Shown in pieces: positions 1-9,178 of a stretch of 64,000 nt of DNA. Origin of the DNA: Longimicrobiales bacterium (GTDB taxonomy: Bacteria; Gemmatimonadota; Gemmatimonadetes; Longimicrobiales; Gaopeijiaceae); contig OZ250165.1 of assembly GCA_965238005.1 (NCBI GenBank), positions 2,976,001-3,040,000 on the forward strand. Reading direction: 5' to 3'. The notes under the pieces are model-generated. The model did not search any database, had not been told where the DNA came from, and was given only the letters and a program-made list of their open reading frames with translations. Position numbers and translations under genes: made by a program. Each line of letters begins with the position of its first letter. Position 1 is the stretch's first letter.

Positions 1-233
1 ATGGAGAGGAAGGCCTGCTGGAAGTCCCCACGGCACTGCACCGACTGGTGCGTGAAGGTGCTCTGGCCCCGGACGCCGCCGGACAGATGCTCCGGGCCAT
101 GAGGGATGGTGTATCACTTCGCCGGGTGCGCCATCGGGCACCGGGGCGTCCCCACACCCGGCCCCACACTCGGCCCCACGCGCGGCCCGTTCCCCAGGGA
201 TCCGATCCGACACGGGTCAGGACGTCAGGTTAG
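1..233 (+). CDS. 3' end of an unidentified gene running in from the window edge
   Basis: Frame starting at base 3 is open to TAG at 231-233 (GEEGLLEVPTALHRLVREG...); its tail contains a 12-bp repeat (RPHT-like x3). No family recognised. Confidence 0.3.
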   Translation, partial: GEEGLLEVPTALHRLVREGALAPDAAGQMLRAMRDGVSLRRVRHRAPGRPHTRPHTRPHARPVPQGSDPTRVRTSG

Positions 234-271
234 GTCAGCCCTCCCACTCCTCCGGCCTCGATCAGTCGGTA

Positions 272-2398
272 CTACCCACCCGCCGTGACGCTGGGCCCTT
301 CCTCCACCAGCCAGTGGTGGAACCAGCTTCGGATCCTCTCCAGTCGGTCCACCAATAGCCACGGCTCGCCCGTTCTCGATAGCCCGTGAGAGGACCGCGG
401 GTAGCGGACCATCTCCACCGGCACCCCCAGCTTCTTCAGAGCCATGAACCACTGCTCCCCGTCCCCGATCGGCGTCCGGAAATCGTGCTCGCTGTGGATG
501 ATCAGCGTGGGAGCCGTGACGTTTTCGACGTAGGAGATGGGCGACAGGCGTCGATAGAGGTCCCGCCGCTCCCAGGGCTCCCCATAGAACTCGTACCGGA
601 TCAGGCCCTGGGCGTCGGAGGAGCCCCACCAGCTCTCCCAGTTGGCGACTGAGCGAGAGGTCACGGCGGCGTGGAAGCGATCCGAGGTCGCCGTGAGCCA
701 GTTGGTCATGTATCCCCCGTAGCTCCCGCCGGAAACGCCAAGTCGGCTGGCGTCCGCATCGGGATACTTGGCCAGCGCCGCGTCCAGGCCCGACAGGAAG
801 TCCTCGCTGTCCATGACGCCCCACTGCCCGCGCGTGGCGTACTTGAAGTCGTGCCCGTACGCTCTCGACCCGCGAGGGTTGGAGTAGAGGACGAAGAAGC
901 CGGCCGCCGACAGGACGTGGAACGTCGGAAAGAAGGTGTTGCCGTACGCGCGGTGGGGTCCTCCGTGGATCTTCAGGATCAGCGGATACTTCCGTCCCGG
1001 TTGGTAGTTCACTGGCTTGATGACCCATCCCTCGATCTGCACGCTGTCACCTACGGTCCAGGTGAGACGCTCGGGTGCCACCAGAGTGACGTCCGAGATC
1101 CACTCCTGGTTCAGCGTCGTCGCCTGGCGCTCGCCGGTGCCGTCGCCCCGCGCAACGAAGAGCTCGGTTGGGGTCACGGCGTCGGTGCCCGCGTAGGCCA
1201 TGATGTGACCGCGCTCCGAGAGGGAGATGCTGCTGAGCCGCCGCTCGCCGCGCGTGACCTGCGTGACGGGGCCTCCGGATGCCGGGACCCGGAAGAGGTG
1301 GCGATCACCACCGATGGACGCCTCGAGCAGGATCCCGGTTCCGTCAGCGGTCCACTCCGGAGGGCCCGGGTCCAGATCCCAATCCACAGTCAGGTTGACG
1401 GGCGAGCCCTGGAAGCGGCCGTCGGCTCCGAGGTCCACCACCATGAGGTCCTGATGCCCTCCCCGCTCGGCCGTGTACTGGAAGGCCAGGCGTGCCCCGT
1501 CGGGAGACGGGGCCGGTGACGTTTCGGAGCCCGGGTTGGTTGTGATCCTGGTGACGGAGCCATCGGGCACACGCGCAAGCCAGATGTCCTGAGTCAGCTC
1601 TTCGTTGGTCTCGTCGTACTGGAGCTCGTCCCCGGTGAAGAACAGGACGCGACCGTCGGCCGACCAGCGGGCGTCGGACTTGTCGAAGGGAAGCTCGGTC
1701 AGGCGGCGCGGCACCCCGCCCTCGGCCGAGACCAGATACAGCTCAGTGGCGTCATTCACGGACGGGTGCGGCTGAAGCGTCAGCGTCCCATCGCGCTTGT
1801 AGCGGGTCGAGGTGATGACCCGGCCGTCGAAGCGCTCGGGGTCCGAGGTATTGGAGAGAGCGTCGGGGGCGACCCAACCCTCCTGCTCCTCCGTGGACGA
1901 GTCCCCGGGCTGAGCCAGGTAGGCGATCCACTGGCCGTCCTGCGACCACACGGGATCGCCACGAACACCGTCGATGTGGAAGGCCTCTCCGCCTCGAGCC
2001 GAGACCCGGACGAACCATGTCGAGTTGGCGTCTTCGCCACGCTCCGACGTGAAGGACAGGAGAGACCCGTCGGATGACCAGATGGGGGAGTAGGAGTCTT
2101 CCGTCGGGTCGGTGAACCGATACGCCTCACCGTCTGGGCGCCCGTTCTCGAGCGGCTGCATCCAGAGCTCGCGTTGCCGGCGGTTCTCCTCCTCTAGGAC
2201 GTGCGTCACCGTGAACGCCACGAGATCCCCAGCGGGCGAAACGGCCACATCACCCACCGTCACGATGTCATAGTAGTCCTCGGGCTGGAAGCCACGCTGC
2301 TGGCCGACGATGGGAGTCAGGGCCCCCAGGACCAGCAACCACACCGGAGTCACCAGGCTTGGAGTACTTCTCGGGATCGCCCTCACTATAGTCTCCAT
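272..2398 (-). CDS. S9 family (prolyl oligopeptidase/acylaminoacyl-type) peptidase with beta-propeller, probably exported
   Basis: IHGGPH, GGSYGG nucleophile elbow, Asp (HDFRTP) and His (SHGLSR); PD40-like repeats. ATG at 2398 follows GGGAG. Confidence 0.93.
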   Translation of the reverse strand: METIVRAIPRSTPSLVTPVWLLVLGALTPIVGQQRGFQPEDYYDIVTVGDVAVSPAGDLVAFTVTHVLEEENRRQRELWMQPLENGRPDGEAYRFTDPTEDSYSPIWSSDGSLLSFTSERGEDANSTWFVRVSARGGEAFHIDGVRGDPVWSQDGQWIAYLAQPGDSSTEEQEGWVAPDALSNTSDPERFDGRVITSTRYKRDGTLTLQPHPSVNDATELYLVSAEGGVPRRLTELPFDKSDARWSADGRVLFFTGDELQYDETNEELTQDIWLARVPDGSVTRITTNPGSETSPAPSPDGARLAFQYTAERGGHQDLMVVDLGADGRFQGSPVNLTVDWDLDPGPPEWTADGTGILLEASIGGDRHLFRVPASGGPVTQVTRGERRLSSISLSERGHIMAYAGTDAVTPTELFVARGDGTGERQATTLNQEWISDVTLVAPERLTWTVGDSVQIEGWVIKPVNYQPGRKYPLILKIHGGPHRAYGNTFFPTFHVLSAAGFFVLYSNPRGSRAYGHDFKYATRGQWGVMDSEDFLSGLDAALAKYPDADASRLGVSGGSYGGYMTNWLTATSDRFHAAVTSRSVANWESWWGSSDAQGLIRYEFYGEPWERRDLYRRLSPISYVENVTAPTLIIHSEHDFRTPIGDGEQWFMALKKLGVPVEMVRYPRSSHGLSRTGEPWLLVDRLERIRSWFHHWLVEEGPSVTAGG

Positions 2399-2427
2399 CT
2401 CACTCCCGTAGCGGGCCACATGTCTCA

Positions 2428-2808
2428 TCACCCCTCGAGGTAATCCACCGGTGCCGGCGAGCGAAGGGGATCGGGACCGAATCGGTTGGGCCCCATGGTG
2501 CCCGTCCGGAAGAGCAGCACCAGAGCGAAGTATATGTTGTAGATAGGGATGACGAGCAGCCACCAATGCCGCCCTGGGCGGTCGAGGTCATGAAGCCGCT
2601 TCACGGCGATGGCGATCTGGGTGACCACGGCTGCGACAACGATGCCCAGGAACGGGACGATCATGGGGACCACGCCGACGATGCCCGCCAGTGTCACCAC
2701 CATCGCGATCAGGCCCAGGACAACAATTCCGTCGAGCAGCGTATGCCAGAAGTACCACCAGCGATTCGCTCGCCCGCGGAAGGAAAAGAGCTCGAGGATG
2801 ACGTCCAT
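2428..2808 (-). CDS. DUF805 family membrane protein
   Basis: FSFRGRANR..YF, AIAVKRLHDLDRPG and GTMGPNRFGPDP signatures. Confidence 0.9.
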   Translation of the reverse strand: MDVILELFSFRGRANRWWYFWHTLLDGIVVLGLIAMVVTLAGIVGVVPMIVPFLGIVVAAVVTQIAIAVKRLHDLDRPGRHWWLLVIPIYNIYFALVLLFRTGTMGPNRFGPDPLRSPAPVDYLEG

Positions 2809-2820
2809 GGTATCTTCAAT

Positions 2821-2857
2821 TGCAAGGCTGATGCCAATAATTGCAAGGCTGACGCCG
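2821..2857 (-). promoter_or_regulatory. Two tandem sigma-54-type -24/-12 elements upstream of the DUF805 gene
   Basis: Minus strand TTGGCATCAGCCTTGCA (2837-2821) and CGGCGTCAGCCTTGCA (2857-2842); both have GG-N10-GC spacing, 21-bp period. Confidence 0.55.
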
Positions 2858-2903
2858 ACGGGCGCAAGGGGACCCCGAATGTGGGTCACACGGTAGGAGA
2901 CCC

Positions 2904-4109
2904 ATGCGTTCCGATCCCGTGAGGACTGAGGTTCTGGGATGGTGACACGACCGACCGTCGACGCATCCCGGGTCCTGAGGGCTCTTTGCCGAGGGCTCGT
3001 CATGGTCGCCTTGGTGCATCCGACGCCCTCTTGAGCGGCGGGTTCGTGCGGCCCGAAGGCGACGGAAGCGTCTACTATGCGCCGGATGCGGACGTGCTAC
3101 TCTCTGATCGGTTCCTCGACACCCACTGCATGCGGCTCACCGCGGGTCGGGACGAATCGAAAGACTTGATCGGGCTCACCTTCGAGCCCCTCGAGAACCG
3201 AGGCATCACCGAGATCAGCGGTACTCTCTGGGTCGATCCTGCTACCGGCGAGCTCCAGTGGCTGGACTACCGCTACGAGGAGCTGGACGTGCCCAACCGG
3301 GAGCGGCTGGGCGGTCGCGTGAGCTTCGATGGCCTGCCCAACGGCACCTGGATCGTGCGGGGCTGGTCCATTCGCATGCCCCGGATTACGGCAACGCGAA
3401 CGCAGCGAGGCGGCGTGAGGGCGGAGCTCACAGGCATCAAGGAGGAGGGCGGACTCATCGTACGTGTCAGCAACGTCCGGGGCGAGGTCGTTCTCGACTC
3501 CAGAGCCGGGATCGTGGAGGGTGTCGTCATGGACTCGGCTGGGATAGCGCCCATGGCCGGCGCAGTCATCCTACTCGATCAATCCGACCAAGCCACCACC
3601 GATAAAGAAAGGCACTTTCGGTTCCCCTCCCTGCCCGAGGGTCACTACGGACTGCAGGTGTCTAACCCCGCCCTGGACGCCCTGGGACTTAGACCCGAGC
3701 CCATGTACGTGGGGTCGATTCCGGGCGAGGTGTCTTCCGTTCGACTCGATTCCCGGGGGTCGTCCCGGCCCTCACAGAGGTCTGCGGACCCCACGAGCCT
3801 CTAGAGGGCGGGGGCATCATCATCGGTCACGTCCGCCACGCCTCGGGCGATCCGGCTCCCGGGGCCGGCATCTTGATCCGCTGGCAGGAAGTGCGGGCCC
3901 TGGCCGGTGGCTTCCAATGGCACGACATGGAGGCCCAGGTGGCGGTCGAACGGGAGGACGGACTCTACGCAGCGTGCGGACTTCCCAGGGACCGCTGGCT
4001 CCTGATCTCGGTCGAGTGGGACGGCCAGGAGTCCAGTTCCGAACGCTGGCGCTTCCCCGGCTTGACGGTAGTCGCGGAGAAGGACATGACGGCGCCACCG
4101 GGGGGATAG
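2904..4109 (+). pseudogene. Degenerate carboxypeptidase-regulatory-like domain protein
   Basis: A signal-peptide-like stub is out of frame with the internal segment YYAPDADVLLSDRFLDTHC. A second frameshift near 3750 continues as ALTEVCGP...GLYAACGLP to the stop at 4109. Start uncertain (2904 or 2939). Confidence 0.65.
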
Positions 4110-4227
4110 GCCCCGTCCCGCTGGCGCACCGGCCGCTCCCCCGCTAAAGTGCGAGCGCGAATTCTCCTTCGGTCGCCGAACGCCGACAAAGCGGACCGGG
4201 GGAGCGAGAACCCCTAGCCGAGAGTCC

Positions 4228-4665
4228 ATGTCACCTGCGCTGCGAGCCCTCTATATAACCGTTCTAGTCTCGGCCATCCTACTCGACGCGGCGGTACTCT
4301 ACTTGCCGAGCAACTCGACTCTGCGACTCCTCTTCGGCCTGCTTCTCCTCCCCGTGATTCTCCGGGCAGGCACACGTCTGGAGGTTATGGAGCGGTTCGC
4401 GAACCGCCCCCATTGGGTGGCTCGCGGTCGGCGCTTCCGCGAGCTACGATCCCAGGTCGTGCTGCTCCTGGAGCAGGTCCGACGGCTCAACTGGATCGCG
4501 GTGGATGCGGAGCATGGGTTCCGGGACCGAGACGAAGCTCGGCGCGAAATGGACGCCATCGAGCAGGAACTTAGGGCACTCGTCACCGACGTCCGCCGGG
4601 CGGCTGGGAAGCCCGCTGAAGATCCCGACACGGGGCCGGCGGCAAAGCAGGAAGCGGTCGGGTAG
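4228..4665 (+). CDS. Hypothetical protein, two N-terminal TM helices plus helical cytoplasmic domain
   Basis: 145-aa ORF with hydrophobic N-terminus; resembles 6750-7184. Confidence 0.75.
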   Translation: MSPALRALYITVLVSAILLDAAVLYLPSNSTLRLLFGLLLLPVILRAGTRLEVMERFANRPHWVARGRRFRELRSQVVLLLEQVRRLNWIAVDAEHGFRDRDEARREMDAIEQELRALVTDVRRAAGKPAEDPDTGPAAKQEAVG

Positions 4666-4890
4666 CTCGAGCCGCCGTGCGGTGGGACGTGTATCCCGAT
4701 CTCCACTCAAGAGCCAGCTCTCCGTTTCCGGGCCCTTCTTCTCGCCACGCATCTCCACTATTGCGAGGGCCCTGATCCTCGTGGCTCACCTCCACACCGA
4801 AATCCCACGGGCAGCTGGTGAATCCTGATGGGACCGGTGCAGATTGGGAAAGCACACTCCACAGATCATACAGGAAGAGGGTAGCTCGCG

Positions 4891-4958
4891 GTCGTTCACT
4901 GTTCTGGCAGTCGTTCACTGTTCTGGCAGTCGTTCACTGTTCTCGCAGTCGTTCACTG
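4891..4958. repeat. 19-bp tandem repeat, about 3.6 copies
   Basis: GTCGTTCACTGTTCTGGCA x2, one variant copy and a partial copy; no spacers. Confidence 0.9.
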
Positions 4959-5027
4959 CTGAGGTCCATAGCCAGCCCGAGGGGAAATGGCTTCTCCTAC
5001 CACAACCGATGCACCCGCTCTGCGGAC

Positions 5028-5289
5028 CCTCCTTGGGTCTACCCGGTCGGGACGTGTGTCATACTCGACACGTTCGAGGTGGGTCTAGTCCACGCCGCCA
5101 ACTCGGACGCCGCGCACATCCATCGGCCTGTTGTCCGCGTGCTCTGTAATGCAGATGGGTCATGGCTCGATGACCCACCGCTCGTGGACCTGGCCGAGAC
5201 CGAGTCGGACGGCTCGTTCAGCCGTTCCATCATCTAAGGTCACGGACCCGGACAAGTACTTGATCAACGTATCCGACTACTTCGTGTAG
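5028..5289 (+). pseudogene. C-terminal remnant of an HD-GYP-type protein
   Basis: YPVGTCVILDTFEVGLV...RPVVRV...VDLAE; a +1 shift at about 5235 continues KVTDPDKYLINVSDYFV*. No HD core upstream. Confidence 0.7.
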
Positions 5290-5372
5290 CGAGGGCAAGC
5301 TTGCCCCCTCCCCCATCACGGTGTATGGATGAATCAGCGTCCAATTGACCATTCCCCACTATCCCTTACGCC

Positions 5373-5801
5373 ATGGCCAACGTACTGATCGTCGATGACG
5401 AGGAGATGGACCGGCTCTTGGAGAGAGCGCTAGTCGAGGACGCCGGGCACACGCCCTTTTTTGCCAACGACGGTGAGGCCGCGATGAAGGTCTACGAGGA
5501 GAACGACATCGACATCGTGATCACGGATCTCCGGATGCCCAAGTTGGACGGGCTACGCCTCATCCAAAACCTGCTCGAGAAGGATCCGAACGCCGCCATC
5601 ATCGCGGTCTCCGGCGCTGCCTCTGATCAGCTCGCCAAGGCGGAAGAGTACGGAGCGATCGCAGCGCTCATCAAGCCCGTCAAGCCCGAAGAGCTCATGG
5701 ACACTCTCCAGGAGGTCGCGGCCAACCTGTCGAAGGAGCAGGACCTCGGGGAGGGGGATCTCGGGGTGGGGGACCTCTGGGGGGGACCGGACGCGTTTTA
5801 G
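5373..5801 (+). CDS. Single-domain response regulator (receiver)
   Basis: VLIVDDE, ITDLRMPKLDG (phospho-Asp), IKP; acidic tail built from 15-bp repeats. Confidence 0.92.
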   Translation: MANVLIVDDEEMDRLLERALVEDAGHTPFFANDGEAAMKVYEENDIDIVITDLRMPKLDGLRLIQNLLEKDPNAAIIAVSGAASDQLAKAEEYGAIAALIKPVKPEELMDTLQEVAANLSKEQDLGEGDLGVGDLWGGPDAF

Positions 5802-5802
5802 T

Positions 5803-6651
5803 GTGACCGCCAAGCACCTGCTCATCTCCCATCCGCCGCACGGCGAGGTAGATGCGGTCGAGGTGGCACCCCACTTCGGCCTCACGGCGGCCGAGGTGCG
5901 GATGAAGGCCAACTACGGGCTGCCCGAGATCTGGTTCGCCGAAGAGGACCGGGACGAGCTGCGCGAGACCGCCGCGGCTCTCGACGCGGCCGGGCTCAAT
6001 ACCGTGCTCGTAGCCGCAAGTGACCTCGTCGAGATCCCTCCGCTGAGCCCGGTTGAGTCGTTCGCCTTCACGGATTCCGGACTGTGGTTTCGGCGAGACG
6101 ACTCGGGACAGACGATGCCCTACGACGCTCCGGCCATCGCCGTGTTCAACCAGCCGCAAGCCGATGCCCAGGATGCGAGGTCGACCACGGGCTCGTTTAC
6201 GTCACAGCTTTCGAGCGCAGGACGCATGAAGGTTCGTCGGCGGAGCTCAGGCGGGGGGAGCCAGGTCGAGAGTGGAGCCGCGCCGTTTCTCGACGTCTAT
6301 GCGCCCTCGGACACGGGGCTACTTCGAATCTCCATCGTCCGGGACGTCACCGACTTCTCACTGTTACCGGCAGATCTGTCGCAAGGGCTGGCCACCATGC
6401 AGAATCTGGTGGCGGAGTGCGAGAGTCAATTCGAAGACACCCACTTCGACCGCCGTCTGGTGGGCATGAGGCTTCGCGGATTGGCGACGGTGGTGACACG
6501 ACCTGCCGAATCTCGTCGGACCGGCTTCTCTTACGCCACGCAAGCCCTGAGCGAGCTGCTCGGCTCCTTGTCGCCTGAACTGAGGGACGTCTCCCAGGCC
6601 GACCTCTCGTCGCGACTCGCCTATCTCACCAATCGAGCCAAGATATCCTGA
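5803..6651 (+). CDS. Hypothetical protein
   Basis: 282-aa ORF starting 1 nt after the regulator stop; N-terminus resembles an L7/L12 C-terminal-like fold. Confidence 0.75.
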   Translation: MTAKHLLISHPPHGEVDAVEVAPHFGLTAAEVRMKANYGLPEIWFAEEDRDELRETAAALDAAGLNTVLVAASDLVEIPPLSPVESFAFTDSGLWFRRDDSGQTMPYDAPAIAVFNQPQADAQDARSTTGSFTSQLSSAGRMKVRRRSSGGGSQVESGAAPFLDVYAPSDTGLLRISIVRDVTDFSLLPADLSQGLATMQNLVAECESQFEDTHFDRRLVGMRLRGLATVVTRPAESRRTGFSYATQALSELLGSLSPELRDVSQADLSSRLAYLTNRAKIS

Positions 6652-6694
6652 AGCACTTCCCCACCGGAGGTCTCCTTTAGCAACTGCTCCGCAG

Positions 6695-6774
6695 CCGGCG
6701 GCTCGGTGGCCTGCTCTTCCGGCCGCCAGGTGGCCCGCCCTTCCGGCGGCTAGGTGGCCCGCTCTTCCGGCGGC
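6695..6774. repeat. 24-bp imperfect tandem repeat spanning the stop codon of 6750-7184
   Basis: ccggcggctcggtggcctgctctt / ccggccgccaggtggcccgccctt / ccggcggctaggtggcccgctctt plus a partial copy. Confidence 0.8.
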
Positions 6775-7184
6775 GCCGCCGCTGTCTGGGCAGCCGAAGC
6801 GGGGAGACCCGCCCCCTCCCGCGTGCCGTTGGTCACCTCGTCGAGCAGTCGGTTCAGCTCCGTCTCGAGTTGGCCGGTCCGCCGCATAGCTTCATCGGAC
6901 GAGATCTCGCCCTTGCCCAGACGATGGCATGTGGCGTAGAACTCGCGGAAGTGGCCGAGCAGCCTCTTTACATGATCGCGGACGGTGTCATCCCCGCGCC
7001 GCTCATCCCGTGGCGTCCCAACGGGAACTCCACCCGACGCCGCAGTCACGGCTCGCTGGGCCAGCAGTAGGGCCGGTACGAAGGCCAGGGCCGCGCGGAT
7101 CGGCGGCTCCTCCACGATGAGCACGACGACCGTGAGTAGAGCGACCTCGAAGAGGATCGTTCCTATCTGGCTGTTCTCGTTCAT
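6750..7184 (-). CDS. Hypothetical 2-TM protein, last gene of pilin cluster 1
   Basis: 144-aa ORF, 39 nt downstream of pilX-1 on the same strand. Confidence 0.75.
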   Translation of the reverse strand: MNENSQIGTILFEVALLTVVVLIVEEPPIRAALAFVPALLLAQRAVTAASGGVPVGTPRDERRGDDTVRDHVKRLLGHFREFYATCHRLGKGEISSDEAMRRTGQLETELNRLLDEVTNGTREGAGLPASAAQTAAAPPEERAT

Positions 7185-7223
7185 AACGCCCCGGAGGCGG
7201 ATGTGGAGCGAGGCCGGCAGGCG

Positions 7224-8612
7224 TCAAGTGCCTTCGAACGCCTGATACCAGGAGAGGATCATGCGCAGCCCGACCTGCATACCCCCGCACTCGTACCGCA
7301 TGGTCGGGTTACCGCTGATACCGTTCTGGTTGACGAAGTTGCTGCTGCCGGGCGGATCGGGGGCGTCGAAACAGAGGATGCTCCCTCCGATGACCGGGTT
7401 TCCGTTGAGCTGGCACTGGCTTTGGGCATAGATGAGCCCGTTGTAGCTATCTGTGATCCCCTGGGGATTGCCGGAGATCGCCACGTCCCCGTTCGCGATG
7501 ATGAGCGCGCCACTGGGATGCGCCGCCGTGATATACGGGTTTCCCGAATACTGCACCGACCCGTTGGCGAAGATGGACAGGGGAATCGGGCTCGGGGTCT
7601 GGGGGGCCGGGGGTGGGTCTGGGGGTTCCCCAGGATTACCCGAGATCACCACGTTCCCCATGATGCAGTAGCTTCCGGACGCCGTGGTGTTGCCGCTGAG
7701 GTTCCACTCCACGGGGTTGCTGCTCCCCCGCGTCCATCCGTTGACCGGGACGCTGGTGGCGTCGACGGTGCTCGGCGGGTCCACGGTCATGTCGACGAAC
7801 ATGCCGTTGGCTTGCAGAATGTAGTCGGAGGTACCACAGAAGTTCATGGGATTGAGGACAGGGATCTGTATCGGAGGCTGATTACTGAGCGGGGTGGAGG
7901 CTCCGCCTCCGGCTTGGTTGATTTGCCCACTCACCTGGACCGTCTGCGAGGCGGAGACCTGGGTTTGCACCGTTGTCGTGCCACTGACGACCACGACCTG
8001 GTTGGCGTGCGCGCCCCCGCAGGCGCCCAGGATGTTCGGGTTCCCGTTGATCAGGAGGCTGCCGTTGGTACCGATGGCCGGAAGGCTCGCGACGCCGATG
8101 ACCACGTTGATGGTCGCCGACGCGCCGGTATCGGTCACGCCCGTGCATTGCGCGATGATTCGGCCGTTCGAGTCGGTGAGGGGGTTCCCGTCAGTCTCCC
8201 CCGGGTGGGCGGGGTCGTCCATCAGAGTCACGAAGTAGGTCCCTCCCTGCACCGCGATCCCCTCGGGCGGAATCATGTTCGCGACGGAGAGCCCGTACCC
8301 GATGAGAAGGAAGTCATCGTCGGTGTCCGGCGTGAAGTCGGAGCCCTGCAAGAGGTTCGTCGGGGTCGTGAGCTGTAGGGGACCACGGAGAAGACCCAGG
8401 GCGTGCGTCGCGCCGCCCTCCGCCATGTTCAGAGCCCGTGCGGCGTCCTCTCGGTTGACGGCCGAGAAGTTGTTCACTCGAGCGATCGTCCACATGCCCA
8501 TGGCCAGAACCGTCACTACCACCACTCCGAAGAGCGCCGTCGCCAAGGCGATCCCGTCTCTCCCCCCCCACGGCCCTCTCGAGGCCGGCGCTAATTTCTC
8601 AGATAAACCCAC
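7224..8612 (-). CDS. PilX-like minor pilin with long C-terminal xGNP-repeat domain (copy 1, intact)
   Basis: G|IALATAL pilin-type helix lacking Glu5, ALNMAEGG PilX N-terminal motif; last pilin of a fimT-V-W-X string. Confidence 0.8.
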   Translation of the reverse strand: MGLSEKLAPASRGPWGGRDGIALATALFGVVVVTVLAMGMWTIARVNNFSAVNREDAARALNMAEGGATHALGLLRGPLQLTTPTNLLQGSDFTPDTDDDFLLIGYGLSVANMIPPEGIAVQGGTYFVTLMDDPAHPGETDGNPLTDSNGRIIAQCTGVTDTGASATINVVIGVASLPAIGTNGSLLINGNPNILGACGGAHANQVVVVSGTTTVQTQVSASQTVQVSGQINQAGGGASTPLSNQPPIQIPVLNPMNFCGTSDYILQANGMFVDMTVDPPSTVDATSVPVNGWTRGSSNPVEWNLSGNTTASGSYCIMGNVVISGNPGEPPDPPPAPQTPSPIPLSIFANGSVQYSGNPYITAAHPSGALIIANGDVAISGNPQGITDSYNGLIYAQSQCQLNGNPVIGGSILCFDAPDPPGSSNFVNQNGISGNPTMRYECGGMQVGLRMILSWYQAFEGT

Positions 8613-9178
8613 GATACACTCCTCTCAAATGCCTGTGACCTCGGATCTCGGGGCGCCACCATCGAAACCTCCACACGCCGGGCCCCGGCTGCCACGTTCG
8701 CAGCTGACACCATCTCGTTGCCGTTGTTCGCGAAGTATCGGAATCTGATTCTGTTGACCGGATACGCCATCGCCTGACCCTCGCCCGCCGCCTCCCACCG
8801 GATGAAGAGGGTGTCGGACTCCACCCAGACCAGGACGTCCTCCAGGAGGTCAAGCACATCTTGGTCGGCGTTGAAGTCCGACACGACCCTGAGGTTGTCG
8901 AAGACACCGTGTGCCAGAGGGTCGGGATCGAGAAGCGTCGCACCCGTCCCGCTGGGGTCGGCCTTCGCCGTGCGGAGCACGGTGGCGATGGCGAACTCCG
9001 CCGCCCGGAGCGACTCCTCGGCCCGGGCGATAGCCAACTGGACGGTGTACATGCGCTGGGTGGTGAGGATGGCACCGAAGAACCCGGCCAACACCACCGA
9101 CAGGAGCGACATCGAGACGATCAGCTCGATGATAGTGAAGCCATGCTCCGGCGCCCGCCGCCCCAGGGTCGCGCTCAT
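8591..9178 (-). CDS. PilW-like prepilin
   Basis: G|FTIIELIVSM cleavage/methylation motif; ends VYLRN. Confidence 0.85.
   Translation of the reverse strand: MSATLGRRAPEHGFTIIELIVSMSLLSVVLAGFFGAILTTQRMYTVQLAIARAEESLRAAEFAIATVLRTAKADPSGTGATLLDPDPLAHGVFDNLRVVSDFNADQDVLDLLEDVLVWVESDTLFIRWEAAGEGQAMAYPVNRIRFRYFANNGNEMVSAANVAAGARRVEVSMVAPRDPRSQAFERSVSWVYLRN

Noticed and set aside
4891..4958. CRISPR array
   Set aside because: Units are contiguous with no unique spacers, and no cas genes are present. The same applies to 10216-10270.
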